Source of the DNA: a virus
Lineage: Duplodnaviria; Caudoviricetes
DNA length: 43,317 bases
IMG/VR virus record: IMGVR_UViG_3300030330_005751
Location: 1 to 43,317 of that record
Reading direction: 5' to 3' (one strand)
Below, piece by piece: positions 35,198 through 43,317 of the stretch. Position 1 is the stretch's first letter; each line of letters opens with the position of its first letter. The notes under the pieces were generated by a model. It did no database searches. It had not been told where the DNA came from and saw only the letters and a list, made by a program, of their open reading frames with translations. A program made the translations under genes and the position numbers.

Positions 35198-35748
35198 TTG
35201 CCTTGCTCCGCCAGTGTTACCCCTACTTCTAGAGCTTTTAAAGCTCCGCCACCACCTAAATAGGTTCGGTACCAGTCGAGAGGGGCAGTTGTAACGGCTC
35301 CTCCCTCTGCATCTGTAACTACGTCACCACGGATCATAGTTCTGCGGGTTCCTTGATTAGCGATTTGACCATCAGGCTCTGGTGTGGGCCAGAAATAGTA
35401 TTCACCTGGTGTTAGGTCCAAAGCAATTTCTGCATGAGGAGCCACGTTGTAAATGGTGTAACTAAAAATTTTTCCAATCAGCGCTGATCTAGACTCGGCG
35501 ATTGAAAGTCCGATTTCAGGAACACTGTTTTCGGAGTAAGGGTAACTTGTTTTACTGCCAGGTCCTCCGGTATAAGAGTCAGCAACCCAGGAATTTTGAA
35601 AGGTTCCGCGCCAATCTGGACCTTTTTCTGCCAGGTCGTTCATCATTTCTACGGCAGCCAGTTTGGCTGAACGACTGACTAAAGCTCTAATGTCCCGGCC
35701 AATGCGGCTGAAGTCTTTTTTACCGCTTTTCTTGAAACGTTTTGCCAT
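35194..35748 (-). CDS. neck/tail completion protein (HK97 gp10-like)
   Basis: GPDWRGTFQNSW resembles the P.DTG.LR.SW motif; position fits. Confidence 0.6.
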   Translation of the reverse strand: MAKRFKKSGKKDFSRIGRDIRALVSRSAKLAAVEMMNDLAEKGPDWRGTFQNSWVADSYTGGPGSKTSYPYSENSVPEIGLSIAESRSALIGKIFSYTIYNVAPHAEIALDLTPGEYYFWPTPEPDGQIANQGTRRTMIRGDVVTDAEGGAVTTAPLDWYRTYLGGGGALKALEVGVTLAEQGK

Positions 35749-36125
35749 TACTGTGGCCTCGCGATGATGCTGTGCATGACAGGCTTGTCGCCACGCTGAG
35801 TTTTGACGTCGAGGATCTTGGCTTCGCGGGTTTCGCCAGCTTGGGTGTACTGGATGCGGTCAGCTTGCGTTGGGTAGTAATCGCCTAGCTCTTTGTTGCC
35901 GAAGATGACCTTGAGGTCGGTGGTCTGGTACAAGCCCTCAGACTCGCTGACGTTGACGCTGCTGATAAACGCACGCACAGTTACGTTCGTGTCCGCCCCA
36001 GCCACGGTGCCGGTGGTTGGGTCGTAGGTGCGGGGTGTGGTGGTTTTGATGTAGGTGATGTCGCGGCCCCAGTCAGTTAGTAGTGCCTCGGGGATGGATC
36101 CGAAAATTTCGTCAATGAGTGCCAT
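35748..36125 (-). CDS. head closure (stopper) protein
   Basis: 125 aa with YDPTTG; follows the adaptor gene. Confidence 0.65.
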   Translation of the reverse strand: MALIDEIFGSIPEALLTDWGRDITYIKTTTPRTYDPTTGTVAGADTNVTVRAFISSVNVSESEGLYQTTDLKVIFGNKELGDYYPTQADRIQYTQAGETREAKILDVKTQRGDKPVMHSIIARPQ

Positions 36126-36126
36126 A

Positions 36127-36654
36127 TCAGCCTCGTTTCAGCTCCACCGCATAGTTCGTGGCTCCTGATTTCATGTAAGCGCCGAGGAATGATTCAAGCC
36201 AAGGATATACATCAAGGATGTTGTTGATAACACCGGGTGTTTGGCTGCTTTCTTTAAACTTGACTTTCAGATCACCTAATTCGACCCGGTCGTAAGTTCC
36301 CTGCGTTCCAGTGGTGCCGACGAGTGCTTCACCTTTGTACAGCAGTACATGAGCAAGCTCGAACGTGGCGTTTTTGACTTGCTCAGGGATGAAAGTGCAT
36401 TTGATTTCAACGCCGTCAACTTTGTAGTCCTTGCGCGGCCACTTCAGTGCTTGGGTTGTGGTGCAGCGGATGCCGTAATACTCAAAGTTGTCTAAATACC
36501 TTGTTGCTGTAATTAGCACGCGGTTTTTCTTATCGTCTGAGCCGGTCCAGTGCTCGTCGTGAGGTACCGTCTGAAAATATGCGTCGGCCTCGGCCAGCGT
36601 TACGTAGCTGTTGGCCGAAGCACCTTGAAGAGTAGCGTCGATTGTTGCGGCCAC
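36127..36654 (-). CDS. head-tail adaptor (DnaT-like family)
   Basis: ANSYVTLAEADAYF...LITATRYLD...QALKWPR...IPEQVKNATFELA. Confidence 0.85.
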   Translation of the reverse strand: MAATIDATLQGASANSYVTLAEADAYFQTVPHDEHWTGSDDKKNRVLITATRYLDNFEYYGIRCTTTQALKWPRKDYKVDGVEIKCTFIPEQVKNATFELAHVLLYKGEALVGTTGTQGTYDRVELGDLKVKFKESSQTPGVINNILDVYPWLESFLGAYMKSGATNYAVELKRG

Positions 36655-36657
36655 GGC

Positions 36658-36840
36658 CTAGTACAACCTTTTTCTGAGTCTAGCTTTGGTCTTCTTTGCG
36701 GGTTTGGGTAGTACGCAGGCGTGGTAAACCGTTCCGCCGGTTAGTTCGATTTGTGCTTGGTACTCGCCTAGATCGTTTTTTGGGACGTCTATAAAGCTTT
36801 TTGTGTTATTAGTCAGAATGAAGAGTCGCACTAATTCCAT
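36658..36840 (-). CDS. small hypothetical protein (60 aa)
   Basis: C-terminal half of ORF 36658..37020, from ATG at 36840. Confidence 0.5.
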   Translation of the reverse strand: MELVRLFILTNNTKSFIDVPKNDLGEYQAQIELTGGTVYHACVLPKPAKKTKARLRKRLY

Positions 36841-37123
36841 GACAGCCCAAAAATCTGATTCAGATGCCTGCAGCGTAAAGAAGCCGTCTACCAAGGCTTG
36901 CGGGTTGAAAAAACCTGCAGCCGACAAGCCTCGGAAGTGGTCCGACGTCAGCAAGCAAATTATGAAGCTGAGGTCCAATGGTTCGACTGTTCCGGAGATT
37001 GCGGCTGAGTTGAAACTCAATTACGCACTGGTAAACCAACACTGCCTGCGGTCGTACAAAATGACCGTCCGAAGTGAAGAAGTGTTCGATCGCTGGGAGA
37101 AGAACCGGCTGGGCCTGGCTTGA
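36839..37123 (+). CDS. putative helix-turn-helix protein, antisense to the structural operon
   Basis: IMKLRSNGSTVPEIAAELKLNYALVNQH HTH pattern; ATG at 36839. Confidence 0.65.
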   Translation: MTAQKSDSDACSVKKPSTKACGLKKPAADKPRKWSDVSKQIMKLRSNGSTVPEIAAELKLNYALVNQHCLRSYKMTVRSEEVFDRWEKNRLGLA

Positions 37124-37131
37124 TAGGCAAG

Positions 37132-37154
37132 AAAAAAGCCCCCTTTCGGGGGCT
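37132..37154 (-). terminator. intrinsic terminator after the capsid gene
   Basis: Minus strand reads AGCCCCC-GAAA-GGGGGCT-TTTTT. Confidence 0.85.
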
Positions 37155-37182
37155 AGCAGCTCCTGTTTCCTTTTTGAAATTA

Positions 37183-38292
37183 TCAGGAGTAAGCGGTGCT
37201 GTCGAACGGAGTGTTGACAAGCAGACGCACGATGGGCACCATCTTGGTGGTTGCGAACACCAAGCCCCAGCTGCTGGTGTTAGCCAGGTTGCCGGAGGTT
37301 GCGGCGTTGGTGGGGTTGTCGCCAGCGGCGGCCCACTTGGTGCCGGTGATGTGGAAACCGTAGTGGTAATCCACAGCCAGGATGTCCTGCATGGACAGGA
37401 TGTTCCGGTCGGCGGCGAGGCGCAGATCCTGTTGGATGCCCTCAGAGACAACGCCTGACTTGAACATGTAGACGGGGTACTTGACCGCGTGGGTTGAAGT
37501 ACCACCAGCCAGATAGGTCAGCTGGTCGTCGATCACAACGCGCAGACCCGCGAAGGTTGCGACTTGGGGATCGCCGATGCCAACACCGCCGCCACCCCAG
37601 GACACTGCGCCGCCAGCGGCCAGAGCAGAGGTAGAGAAGGTCAGCATTCCGATCTGTTGCAGGTAATAAGCAACAGCGGAGTGCATGGCGATCGTGTCGA
37701 TCTCTTCGCCACGCTCACCCAGCAGGTTCTTGGCTTCCAGGACGTTGCCAACGGAGATGTAGTTGGCTTCGGCTGGGGTTGCACCAGAGACGGTTGCGTC
37801 GTACTGGTTGGGTCCAAGGACGCCAGCGCCAGAGATACCACCAAACAGACCCAGCAGTTGGGCCTTCAGGGTGGCAGTCTTCAGCTTGTTGATTGCGGCG
37901 GTCAGCTGATTACGCACGTGGGCGAGAGGATCAGCGCCGGAACCAAGCTTGCTGAGGTCATCAGCGGCGTAGCTGAAGCCACGGTGCAGCAGAGTCATGA
38001 TCTGCTCGTCGGCTGAGGTTCCCTGAGGGGTCAGGTAACCAGCTCCACCGGTGCCCCAGGTGGCGTTGCTGAGGATTTGCTCCTCAGTGGGGTTGATGGG
38101 GTCATGGAACGGCACACGCACGCGGGTACCGCCGGCACGGGCGTCCAGAGCGGCGTTGCGCTGGATGATGCCGCTTTGCACCCACTTCGATTGCTCGAAG
38201 ATGCCTTCAGAGGTGTACTGAAGGAACTCGGGGCGGGTAACGAGATCCGACAGGAATGTTCCGCCGGAATAGTTTTCAGAAATAGCAGCCAT
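37183..38292 (-). CDS. major capsid protein
   Basis: 369 aa after the scaffold gene; IAMHS..YYL and GLRVVIDD patterns; strong codon bias; own terminator. Confidence 0.9.
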   Translation of the reverse strand: MAAISENYSGGTFLSDLVTRPEFLQYTSEGIFEQSKWVQSGIIQRNAALDARAGGTRVRVPFHDPINPTEEQILSNATWGTGGAGYLTPQGTSADEQIMTLLHRGFSYAADDLSKLGSGADPLAHVRNQLTAAINKLKTATLKAQLLGLFGGISGAGVLGPNQYDATVSGATPAEANYISVGNVLEAKNLLGERGEEIDTIAMHSAVAYYLQQIGMLTFSTSALAAGGAVSWGGGGVGIGDPQVATFAGLRVVIDDQLTYLAGGTSTHAVKYPVYMFKSGVVSEGIQQDLRLAADRNILSMQDILAVDYHYGFHITGTKWAAAGDNPTNAATSGNLANTSSWGLVFATTKMVPIVRLLVNTPFDSTAYS

Positions 38293-38328
38293 TTGACGGG
38301 CCTAAAAGAGGGTTTGCGGAGCGTCCCA

Positions 38329-39039
38329 CTAGGACATGCGGCCAGCTTCAGCTTTAAGTAGACGAGCCCTTTCCGGATCCTTATTGAGAAGAATCATCTG
38401 CTCGGTTACGTTAAAACTGTCCTTCAACCACGGGTTGGACTGGCCAGGAAGAGCGGTACTACGGGCACTACCCGCAACACCCATTCCGGCGGTATTTGTG
38501 GCTGCAAAGTGATGTTCGTAGCCACTGCCGGGATTTTTTAGGTTGGCCACATACTCGGCCACCGGAGTTTCTACGCCTCCGATAACAGCCACAGGCTGTC
38601 CATCTTTTGAACGCAGATTGTCCTCAACTAGACGATACAGCTGGTCCGGGGCTAATGCACCAGCACTCGACAACTGAGAGATAGCAGCCGCTTTAAGTTG
38701 CTCTTTTGAGTAACCCTGGCGGATGTGCTCTACTTCTGACTCTTTGTCAGTCAGTTGTTGCTTCAGTGTTGTAATCGTCTGTTGAGCGTCTTCCCACAGA
38801 GTCTTGTACTCGCCTGATTCGGCAAGTTTCGCTTCTTGGGCTTGTTTCTGAGCGGCTTGAACCGAATCAAGCTGTTGTTGCAGCTTTTCGCGGTTCTCTT
38901 TGTCCTTCCGACGCTCGTTGATGAGCTCGAAATTCTTTGCCTTCAGTGCCTCAAGTTGCGCAGAGAGGTCTTCAGTAACAGTCACAGACTGAGCAGATGC
39001 ATTCTCCACAGGAGGTTGCGCTTGCTGTTCTTCAGACAC
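38329..39039 (-). CDS. capsid scaffolding protein
   Basis: Coiled-coil with GEYKTLWE, a Gly-rich linker and an NPW C-terminal element; between portal and capsid. Confidence 0.8.
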   Translation of the reverse strand: MSEEQQAQPPVENASAQSVTVTEDLSAQLEALKAKNFELINERRKDKENREKLQQQLDSVQAAQKQAQEAKLAESGEYKTLWEDAQQTITTLKQQLTDKESEVEHIRQGYSKEQLKAAAISQLSSAGALAPDQLYRLVEDNLRSKDGQPVAVIGGVETPVAEYVANLKNPGSGYEHHFAATNTAGMGVAGSARSTALPGQSNPWLKDSFNVTEQMILLNKDPERARLLKAEAGRMS

Positions 39040-39061
39040 GTTGTTTAGTAATTAACCAGTA

Positions 39062-40504
39062 TTAGTCTACAGAATTCTCTTCAACTACATCTTGAGGTTG
39101 TTGTACTACAGGAGGCTCGGGTTTTTCGGCTTCGAACTGCTCAATTCGCGCTAGTTCTTGGTCCATGTCAACGTTGTCAGGCAAAATTTCGCCACGACGC
39201 AGTACTTCAAGCAGCATTTCGTCGCTGATCTTGCCGTTTTCGTTCAGGGCAGAAAGTACAGCGACATCTTGACCAATCAAGCGGTAGTAGTCAAAGTCGC
39301 GGTCCACCGTGATTGTTGGTGGCTCGATACCGACGTACTTGCCGGCCAATGCAAAGGCTTGATTGAGAGCGCTTTCAAGTTCTTGGCTGATAATCGCCAG
39401 CACTGAGTTGCTCTGCGCTTGATCAATGCGTTTGGCCTCAGCTGACTCGGCGACAAATTTCTGGCCGAAGAGTTTAGTGACGCCCAACGTTGACATTTGA
39501 CCCTCCAGTGACTGGAGTTCTTGCATCTGTGCGTCGAAGCTGGTGGCGTCGGCCTGCACGTAGTACGCCTTGTTGCCGGGCTGCATGGCGATGGCGTAGT
39601 TAACGCCCATTGATGCCGCGCCGGTTGTGTCATCCCAGCCCTCGAGGACCAGGGTTGGCATTGCAGCGATGTGTAGTGCGTGGATCAGGTCAGCTTGTCG
39701 CTGATAGTGGGTGATATTGAGGTTTGCGATGTCAAGCAGGGGCGGTTGAGAGCGCAACATGCCCCGGCGGTTGCTGTAAATGGGCACAACCGGAATTTCA
39801 TCCAGGCTGAATCCTCCGGTTTGGGAGAACTCGACGACATCCTCTCCCAGCGTGTACAAGTCATAGCGTCCCGGGTAAATGACCCGCATCTGTTCGACTT
39901 GTTCCTCGCCGAAGTCGTTTAGAGGCCGGGTGGTGTACTCATGAATTCTGATTTGGGTAAGGGGACTTCCAGGTTGGGTGTAGTCGGCTTGCCGCCAGCC
40001 CCAGATTTGAGGCGCTTCAACGTGGCAGAAGTAGGGGCGTCGACCCTCGGCACGCTCCTCTGCAAGATTTCGAGCACCAGTAGCGGCGGGATAGTCAACC
40101 AAGATAGCGCTATGGCCATAAGTAAGACTGCTAACGAGAGCACGACGCGCATATTCATTAATGTTGGAACCTATGCCATCAATATTCTCGCTCAGTTCTG
40201 TCCAGTACGCATCCCCCTCAATTTGGATGGGTTTGCGAAGAATTGCACCGGCCGCAGTTTCAATTAGGCGGCTGGTATAGGGCGATAGGACGCTGCGATC
40301 AACTCGAGTCTCATAAGCCTCATCATCTTCTCGGGGTTCTTGCGGCAAAAATTCATCGCTGCAATCGCGAATAAAGTTTGTTCCGCGAGTGACGGAAGCC
40401 ATCACCTTCCAGTCGGCCATCATCGCGATGACGTCTAGATCCCTGACGAACGGTGATTCGCTGACTACAGCGCCCGTTGGTGGAATGTTTGCGCTGTAGA
40501 CCAC
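39062..40504 (-). CDS. portal protein (DUF4055 family)
   Basis: LPQEPRED..AYETR, PPLLDIANLNITHYQRQAD, AESAEAKRID; 480 aa. Confidence 0.9.
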   Translation of the reverse strand: MVYSANIPPTGAVVSESPFVRDLDVIAMMADWKVMASVTRGTNFIRDCSDEFLPQEPREDDEAYETRVDRSVLSPYTSRLIETAAGAILRKPIQIEGDAYWTELSENIDGIGSNINEYARRALVSSLTYGHSAILVDYPAATGARNLAEERAEGRRPYFCHVEAPQIWGWRQADYTQPGSPLTQIRIHEYTTRPLNDFGEEQVEQMRVIYPGRYDLYTLGEDVVEFSQTGGFSLDEIPVVPIYSNRRGMLRSQPPLLDIANLNITHYQRQADLIHALHIAAMPTLVLEGWDDTTGAASMGVNYAIAMQPGNKAYYVQADATSFDAQMQELQSLEGQMSTLGVTKLFGQKFVAESAEAKRIDQAQSNSVLAIISQELESALNQAFALAGKYVGIEPPTITVDRDFDYYRLIGQDVAVLSALNENGKISDEMLLEVLRRGEILPDNVDMDQELARIEQFEAEKPEPPVVQQPQDVVEENSVD

Positions 40505-40540
40505 GGCTTTAGTTCTACTTTTTACTATTTTGGCAGAGGC

Positions 40541-40795
40541 TCACCACTTCACACGATTAGCCCAATAAGCCGCAGACATCTTTCCTTTCGCAATGTTCTT
40601 TGCATGGCGCGCTTTGAAAGACTTATTACGGGCGCTGCCTTTCGGGCTGCCCTTGACGCCTTGCTGTCCAAAACGAATAAGTTTTACTCGATCACCCTCT
40701 TTTGCAAGGACAGCATGTGACTTTTTGGGGTGGCCGGGTGTGCGTTTTGGCTTGTTGTAGCCACTAAATTTTTCGCCTCGACGCTCAATCGCCAT
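40541..40795 (-). CDS. small basic protein
   Basis: 84 aa with KLIRFGQQG...SFKARH...SAAYWANRVKW. Confidence 0.8.
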   Translation of the reverse strand: MAIERRGEKFSGYNKPKRTPGHPKKSHAVLAKEGDRVKLIRFGQQGVKGSPKGSARNKSFKARHAKNIAKGKMSAAYWANRVKW

Positions 40796-40964
40796 CGTCT
40801 TCGACCGAGATCATGACTTCTATACCGGATGCTAGGCGCACCATCAGCCCAGCGAAGTCTTCGACGTCGTTGGGGGTCATGAATGTGAAGGTCGCGATTG
40901 TGGTGTGGCTATCTGCATCCACGTCGATGTGTTTGCAGTAACCGGGAACAATCCGTGTACCCAT
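40785..40964 (-). CDS. small acidic protein (59 aa)
   Basis: Not in the ORF track: MGTRIVPGYCKHIDVDADSHTTIATFTFMTPNDVEDFAGLMVRLASGIEVMISVEDDGD. TAATG overlap with the upstream gene. Confidence 0.7.
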   Translation of the reverse strand: MGTRIVPGYCKHIDVDADSHTTIATFTFMTPNDVEDFAGLMVRLASGIEVMISVEDDGD

Positions 40965-41146
40965 TACTTCTTCTTGGGTTTGCGCTTTTTGGCGGTCTTG
41001 GCGGAGTCTTTGAAGTCTTTGGCGGTTGGTGCGCCTTTTGAACCAGGCTTACGCATTTTTTCGCCAGATCCAGCTGCAATACGTTTCCGTTTTGCATTGA
41101 TGTTGGCGTACAAGCCGCGCTTTTTACGCATGGTTCCAGCCGTCAA
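40964..41146 (-). CDS. small very basic protein
   Basis: KRGLYANINAKRKRIAAGSGEKMRKPGSKGAPTAKDFK... Confidence 0.8.
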   Translation of the reverse strand: MTAGTMRKKRGLYANINAKRKRIAAGSGEKMRKPGSKGAPTAKDFKDSAKTAKKRKPKKK

Positions 41147-41156
41147 TAATTAGATG

Positions 41157-41246
41157 CTACTTCTTTTTGCCGGTCTTCTTCATCGACTTTTTCTTTTTGG
41201 CTGGACGACCGCGTTTTGATCCGTAAGTTCCAGGGCCTTGGGGCAT
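41157..41246 (-). CDS. Lys-rich peptide (29 aa)
   Basis: Not in the ORF track: MPQGPGTYGSKRGRPAKKKKSMKKTGKKK; fills the gap between its neighbours. Confidence 0.75.
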   Translation of the reverse strand: MPQGPGTYGSKRGRPAKKKKSMKKTGKKK

Positions 41247-41253
41247 TGGTTCA

Positions 41254-41445
41254 CTAAGTCAGATGAGGCCAGCCTAGTTGGAAATCACGAAGCCACACGT
41301 CTTCATCTACAGGACGAGACCTGATAAACCTGGTCAACGTGGCCTTTAGCACGCTTAAAGGCATGTCAAGCTCCTTTGCTTTTACGGCGACGTTCGTTTG
41401 CCCTTTGTAGAGCTCGTACAAGGCTTCTTCTAGTTCTGGAGTCAC
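41254..41445 (-). CDS. small hypothetical protein, possible HTH
   Basis: ELYKGQTNVAVKAKELDMPLSVLK; GTGA overlap with the upstream gene. Confidence 0.6.
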   Translation of the reverse strand: MTPELEEALYELYKGQTNVAVKAKELDMPLSVLKATLTRFIRSRPVDEDVWLRDFQLGWPHLT

Positions 41446-41570
41446 TTCGAGCTTTTCTTTTTACCCTTCGCCAAAGATTTGAGATAGCCCTCGCACCGCG
41501 CCTTAGCAGGGTTTTTGCTCCCTTTGGCAGCAGGTTTCTTTTTCTTCGATGAACCCGACGAGCCACGCAT
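41442..41570 (-). CDS. Lys-rich peptide (42 aa)
   Basis: Not in the ORF track: MRGSSGSSKKKKPAAKGSKNPAKARCEGYLKSLAKGKKKSSK. Confidence 0.7.
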   Translation of the reverse strand: MRGSSGSSKKKKPAAKGSKNPAKARCEGYLKSLAKGKKKSSK

Positions 41571-41585
41571 AACTTGTTAGGACGC

Positions 41586-42836
41586 TTACCACACACGATA
41601 GTTCGTGGCCCCGATGTTCTCAGGTTTAGCCAGGTTGAATACTTGTAGGCATAAGTAGCCCAAAGCATCGAAAGCATGGTCAACACCGAGGTTTTTGTTG
41701 GGTAGGCCCGTCCCAGGGGCGTAGGTCAGGGTGCGAAGGGACTTAATTAGTTCTTTGCAGCGGGGGTGGATGAACAGGCGGCGGGTGCCGGTGGCGTCGA
41801 GGAGGGCGGTGTTGACGCAGGTGATCTTGTCGCGGATCTTCCAGGGGGCCTTGGGGGTCGACACGGTGAAGCCGGATTTGCGCAGGATGCTGTGGTCCGT
41901 TGTTCCGACGCCTTGGGTTTTGCGGGCACCGCCGGTGGGGTCAGGGCAGCTAATGATGCGGCGATCCACGCCGTAGCGGCGTTGGACCTCTTCGCAGAAA
42001 TCCCAGGTGGTTGCGCCGCCGGTCATGATAATTTCGTCGAAAACCCAGAGCACGTCGCCTTTTTTGACGGCGCAGATGCCGGACATGGGGTCAACGTTGA
42101 AGTCGACGCCTAGTAGGAGAGGGAGGACCGGGAGGTCTTGGACTTCCTTGGAGATGTTGGCGTCGGCGAAGCTGATGGCGACGAGGCCACTTAGGTTCTC
42201 GAATGACGCTTCGAATTCCTGGCGGAATGTGCGCGAGTCAAGTTGAGCTCTTGCGGCTTGAACCTCCTCTGGTGGTACGTTTCCGCCTTGGATGGTTGTG
42301 AAGCACCAGCGTTGCCAGTCGTTTGTTTTGTCTTCTGGGACATAGCACCACATGTCATAAAACCAACTTGCCGTACCGTCTGGGGTGCTAATGAAAAGCG
42401 CCCAGCCTTGTTTATCGGCGAGGGCAGGGCGGATGACTTCGAACCAGACGCTGGAGTCCATGAAGGCGGCCTCGTCGAGGACCACGCCTGAGAGGCTGCG
42501 GCCACGAAGAGCCATAGCGTTTTCGGTTCCTTTTAGTTCGATGGTGGAGTCGTTGATAAGTTCGATCTTGAGATCGGTTTCGTTTTTGCTGCGGATGTAT
42601 TGAGGTGGGATGATCTTTTTGAGGACTTTCCAGGCGATGTCTTTCGCCATGCGGTAAGTGGGGGCGCAGTAAAAGAAGGTTTCTCCGGAACGTGCCAGGG
42701 CTTTTGTGAATAGTTCTATGCAGGCAAGGTATGACTTGCCAAAGCGGCGGCCTGCGACAAGGACTCGGAAACGTTTTTTGCTGTAGAAAACTTCGGATTG
42801 CGCCTTTTTGAGGCTGATGTTAATCGTATTGCTCAT
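41586..42836 (-). CDS. terL: terminase large subunit
   Basis: Walker A VAGRRFGKS, Walker B VVLDEAA, ISTP, RQEFEASF, and nuclease motifs GVDFN and DHAFDALGY. Confidence 0.95.
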   Translation of the reverse strand: MSNTINISLKKAQSEVFYSKKRFRVLVAGRRFGKSYLACIELFTKALARSGETFFYCAPTYRMAKDIAWKVLKKIIPPQYIRSKNETDLKIELINDSTIELKGTENAMALRGRSLSGVVLDEAAFMDSSVWFEVIRPALADKQGWALFISTPDGTASWFYDMWCYVPEDKTNDWQRWCFTTIQGGNVPPEEVQAARAQLDSRTFRQEFEASFENLSGLVAISFADANISKEVQDLPVLPLLLGVDFNVDPMSGICAVKKGDVLWVFDEIIMTGGATTWDFCEEVQRRYGVDRRIISCPDPTGGARKTQGVGTTDHSILRKSGFTVSTPKAPWKIRDKITCVNTALLDATGTRRLFIHPRCKELIKSLRTLTYAPGTGLPNKNLGVDHAFDALGYLCLQVFNLAKPENIGATNYRVW

Positions 42837-43317
42837 TTTCGATGTCGATTACTTCGGCTTCGGGGAGTTGAGTGGCGTCTGATCCAGCAATTTCGGGCGG
42901 TGGTTCGACGGTGACGCGGATTTCGGGGAGGGAGCTGGTTTGTTCGGGCATGTCGCAGCCAACCTGACGTGCCAGGGAGTCGAGCACGTTGGCTGCGGTT
43001 TGCATTTGGCCGCGTTTCATGGCGGCGTTGAAGAGGCGTTGCCGTTGCATAAAGATGCGGCTTGCCATTTTGGTGCGTTCGCGCTCAAAATCTTCGGCAA
43101 CTAGGTCATAAACGCCTTTCCAGTCGCGCCAGGCCGTGGCGATGCCAATTTGTTCTTTGGCGGCGTGTTCCAGGACGAGTTGTCGGACGGGAAGACCTTC
43201 TAGTTGGCGTTTGTAGAGGCGTTGGATGCGGGCTTGTTGAGCTTCTTTGGTGCTTTTTGGCCCGTAAGGACGCTGTCTTTTTATCTCATCTTGCTTTTCT
43301 GCTTCGCCTTTAAAGCC
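42820..43317 (-). CDS. probable terminase small subunit, N-terminus truncated by the window end
   Basis: The frame of ORF 42820..43068 stays open to 43317 (GFKGEAEK...ARIQRLYKRQLEG...EQIGIATAWRDW, HTH-like) and overlaps the terL start. Confidence 0.7.
   Translation of the reverse strand, partial: GFKGEAEKQDEIKRQRPYGPKSTKEAQQARIQRLYKRQLEGLPVRQLVLEHAAKEQIGIATAWRDWKGVYDLVAEDFERERTKMASRIFMQRQRLFNAAMKRGQMQTAANVLDSLARQVGCDMPEQTSSLPEIRVTVEPPPEIAGSDATQLPEAEVIDIENEQYD

Noticed and set aside
41700-42200. GC-richer segment in the nuclease half of terL, suggesting a recombined patch
   Set aside because: This is only a visual impression. It needs a sliding-window GC3 calculation and domain-wise phylogenies.
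1-43317. Possibility that the window is a complete circular genome
   Set aside because: The two ends fall in different genes (exonuclease and small terminase). Joining them gives no DxK nuclease motif, and no terminal repeat is visible.
1-43317. tRNA, CRISPR array, introns/inteins or stop-codon reassignment
   Set aside because: No cloverleaf or repeat-spacer pattern was noticed by eye, and the core genes are intact and of normal length in the standard bacterial code.

Overview
This window is most of a tailed dsDNA phage genome (siphovirus-type tail module), cut at both ends: inside an exonuclease gene at position 1 and inside the probable small terminase at 43317. The likely host is a marine picocyanobacterium such as Synechococcus. 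That is inferred from a cyanobacterial-type sigma-70 factor, an NblA-like peptide, a small cyanobacterial-type outer-membrane beta-barrel and a Yfr1-type RNA motif. The left part (1-11.2 kb) is recombination, replication and host takeover: exonuclease, SSB-like protein, primase-helicase, family A DNA polymerase, DUF3310, sigma factor, NrdR-like zinc ribbon and ThyX. The right part (11.2-43.3 kb, mostly minus strand) holds HNH, lysis and membrane genes, tail fibres, tail tip, tape measure, a tail chaperone with a -1 frameshift, major tail, neck, capsid, scaffold, portal, small basic peptides and terminase. The best leads are: (1) a porin-like gene whose terminator loop is exactly UCCUCACAC, the core of the cyanobacterial Yfr1/Yfr10 sRNA motif; (2) a structured non-coding region at about 900-1170; (3) an NblA-like gene; (4) ten TGAMACA repeats in the 3' end of the primase-helicase gene; (5) a cluster of Lys/Arg-rich micro-proteins between terminase and portal. 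All calls come from motif recognition by eye; no database searches or folding programs were run.
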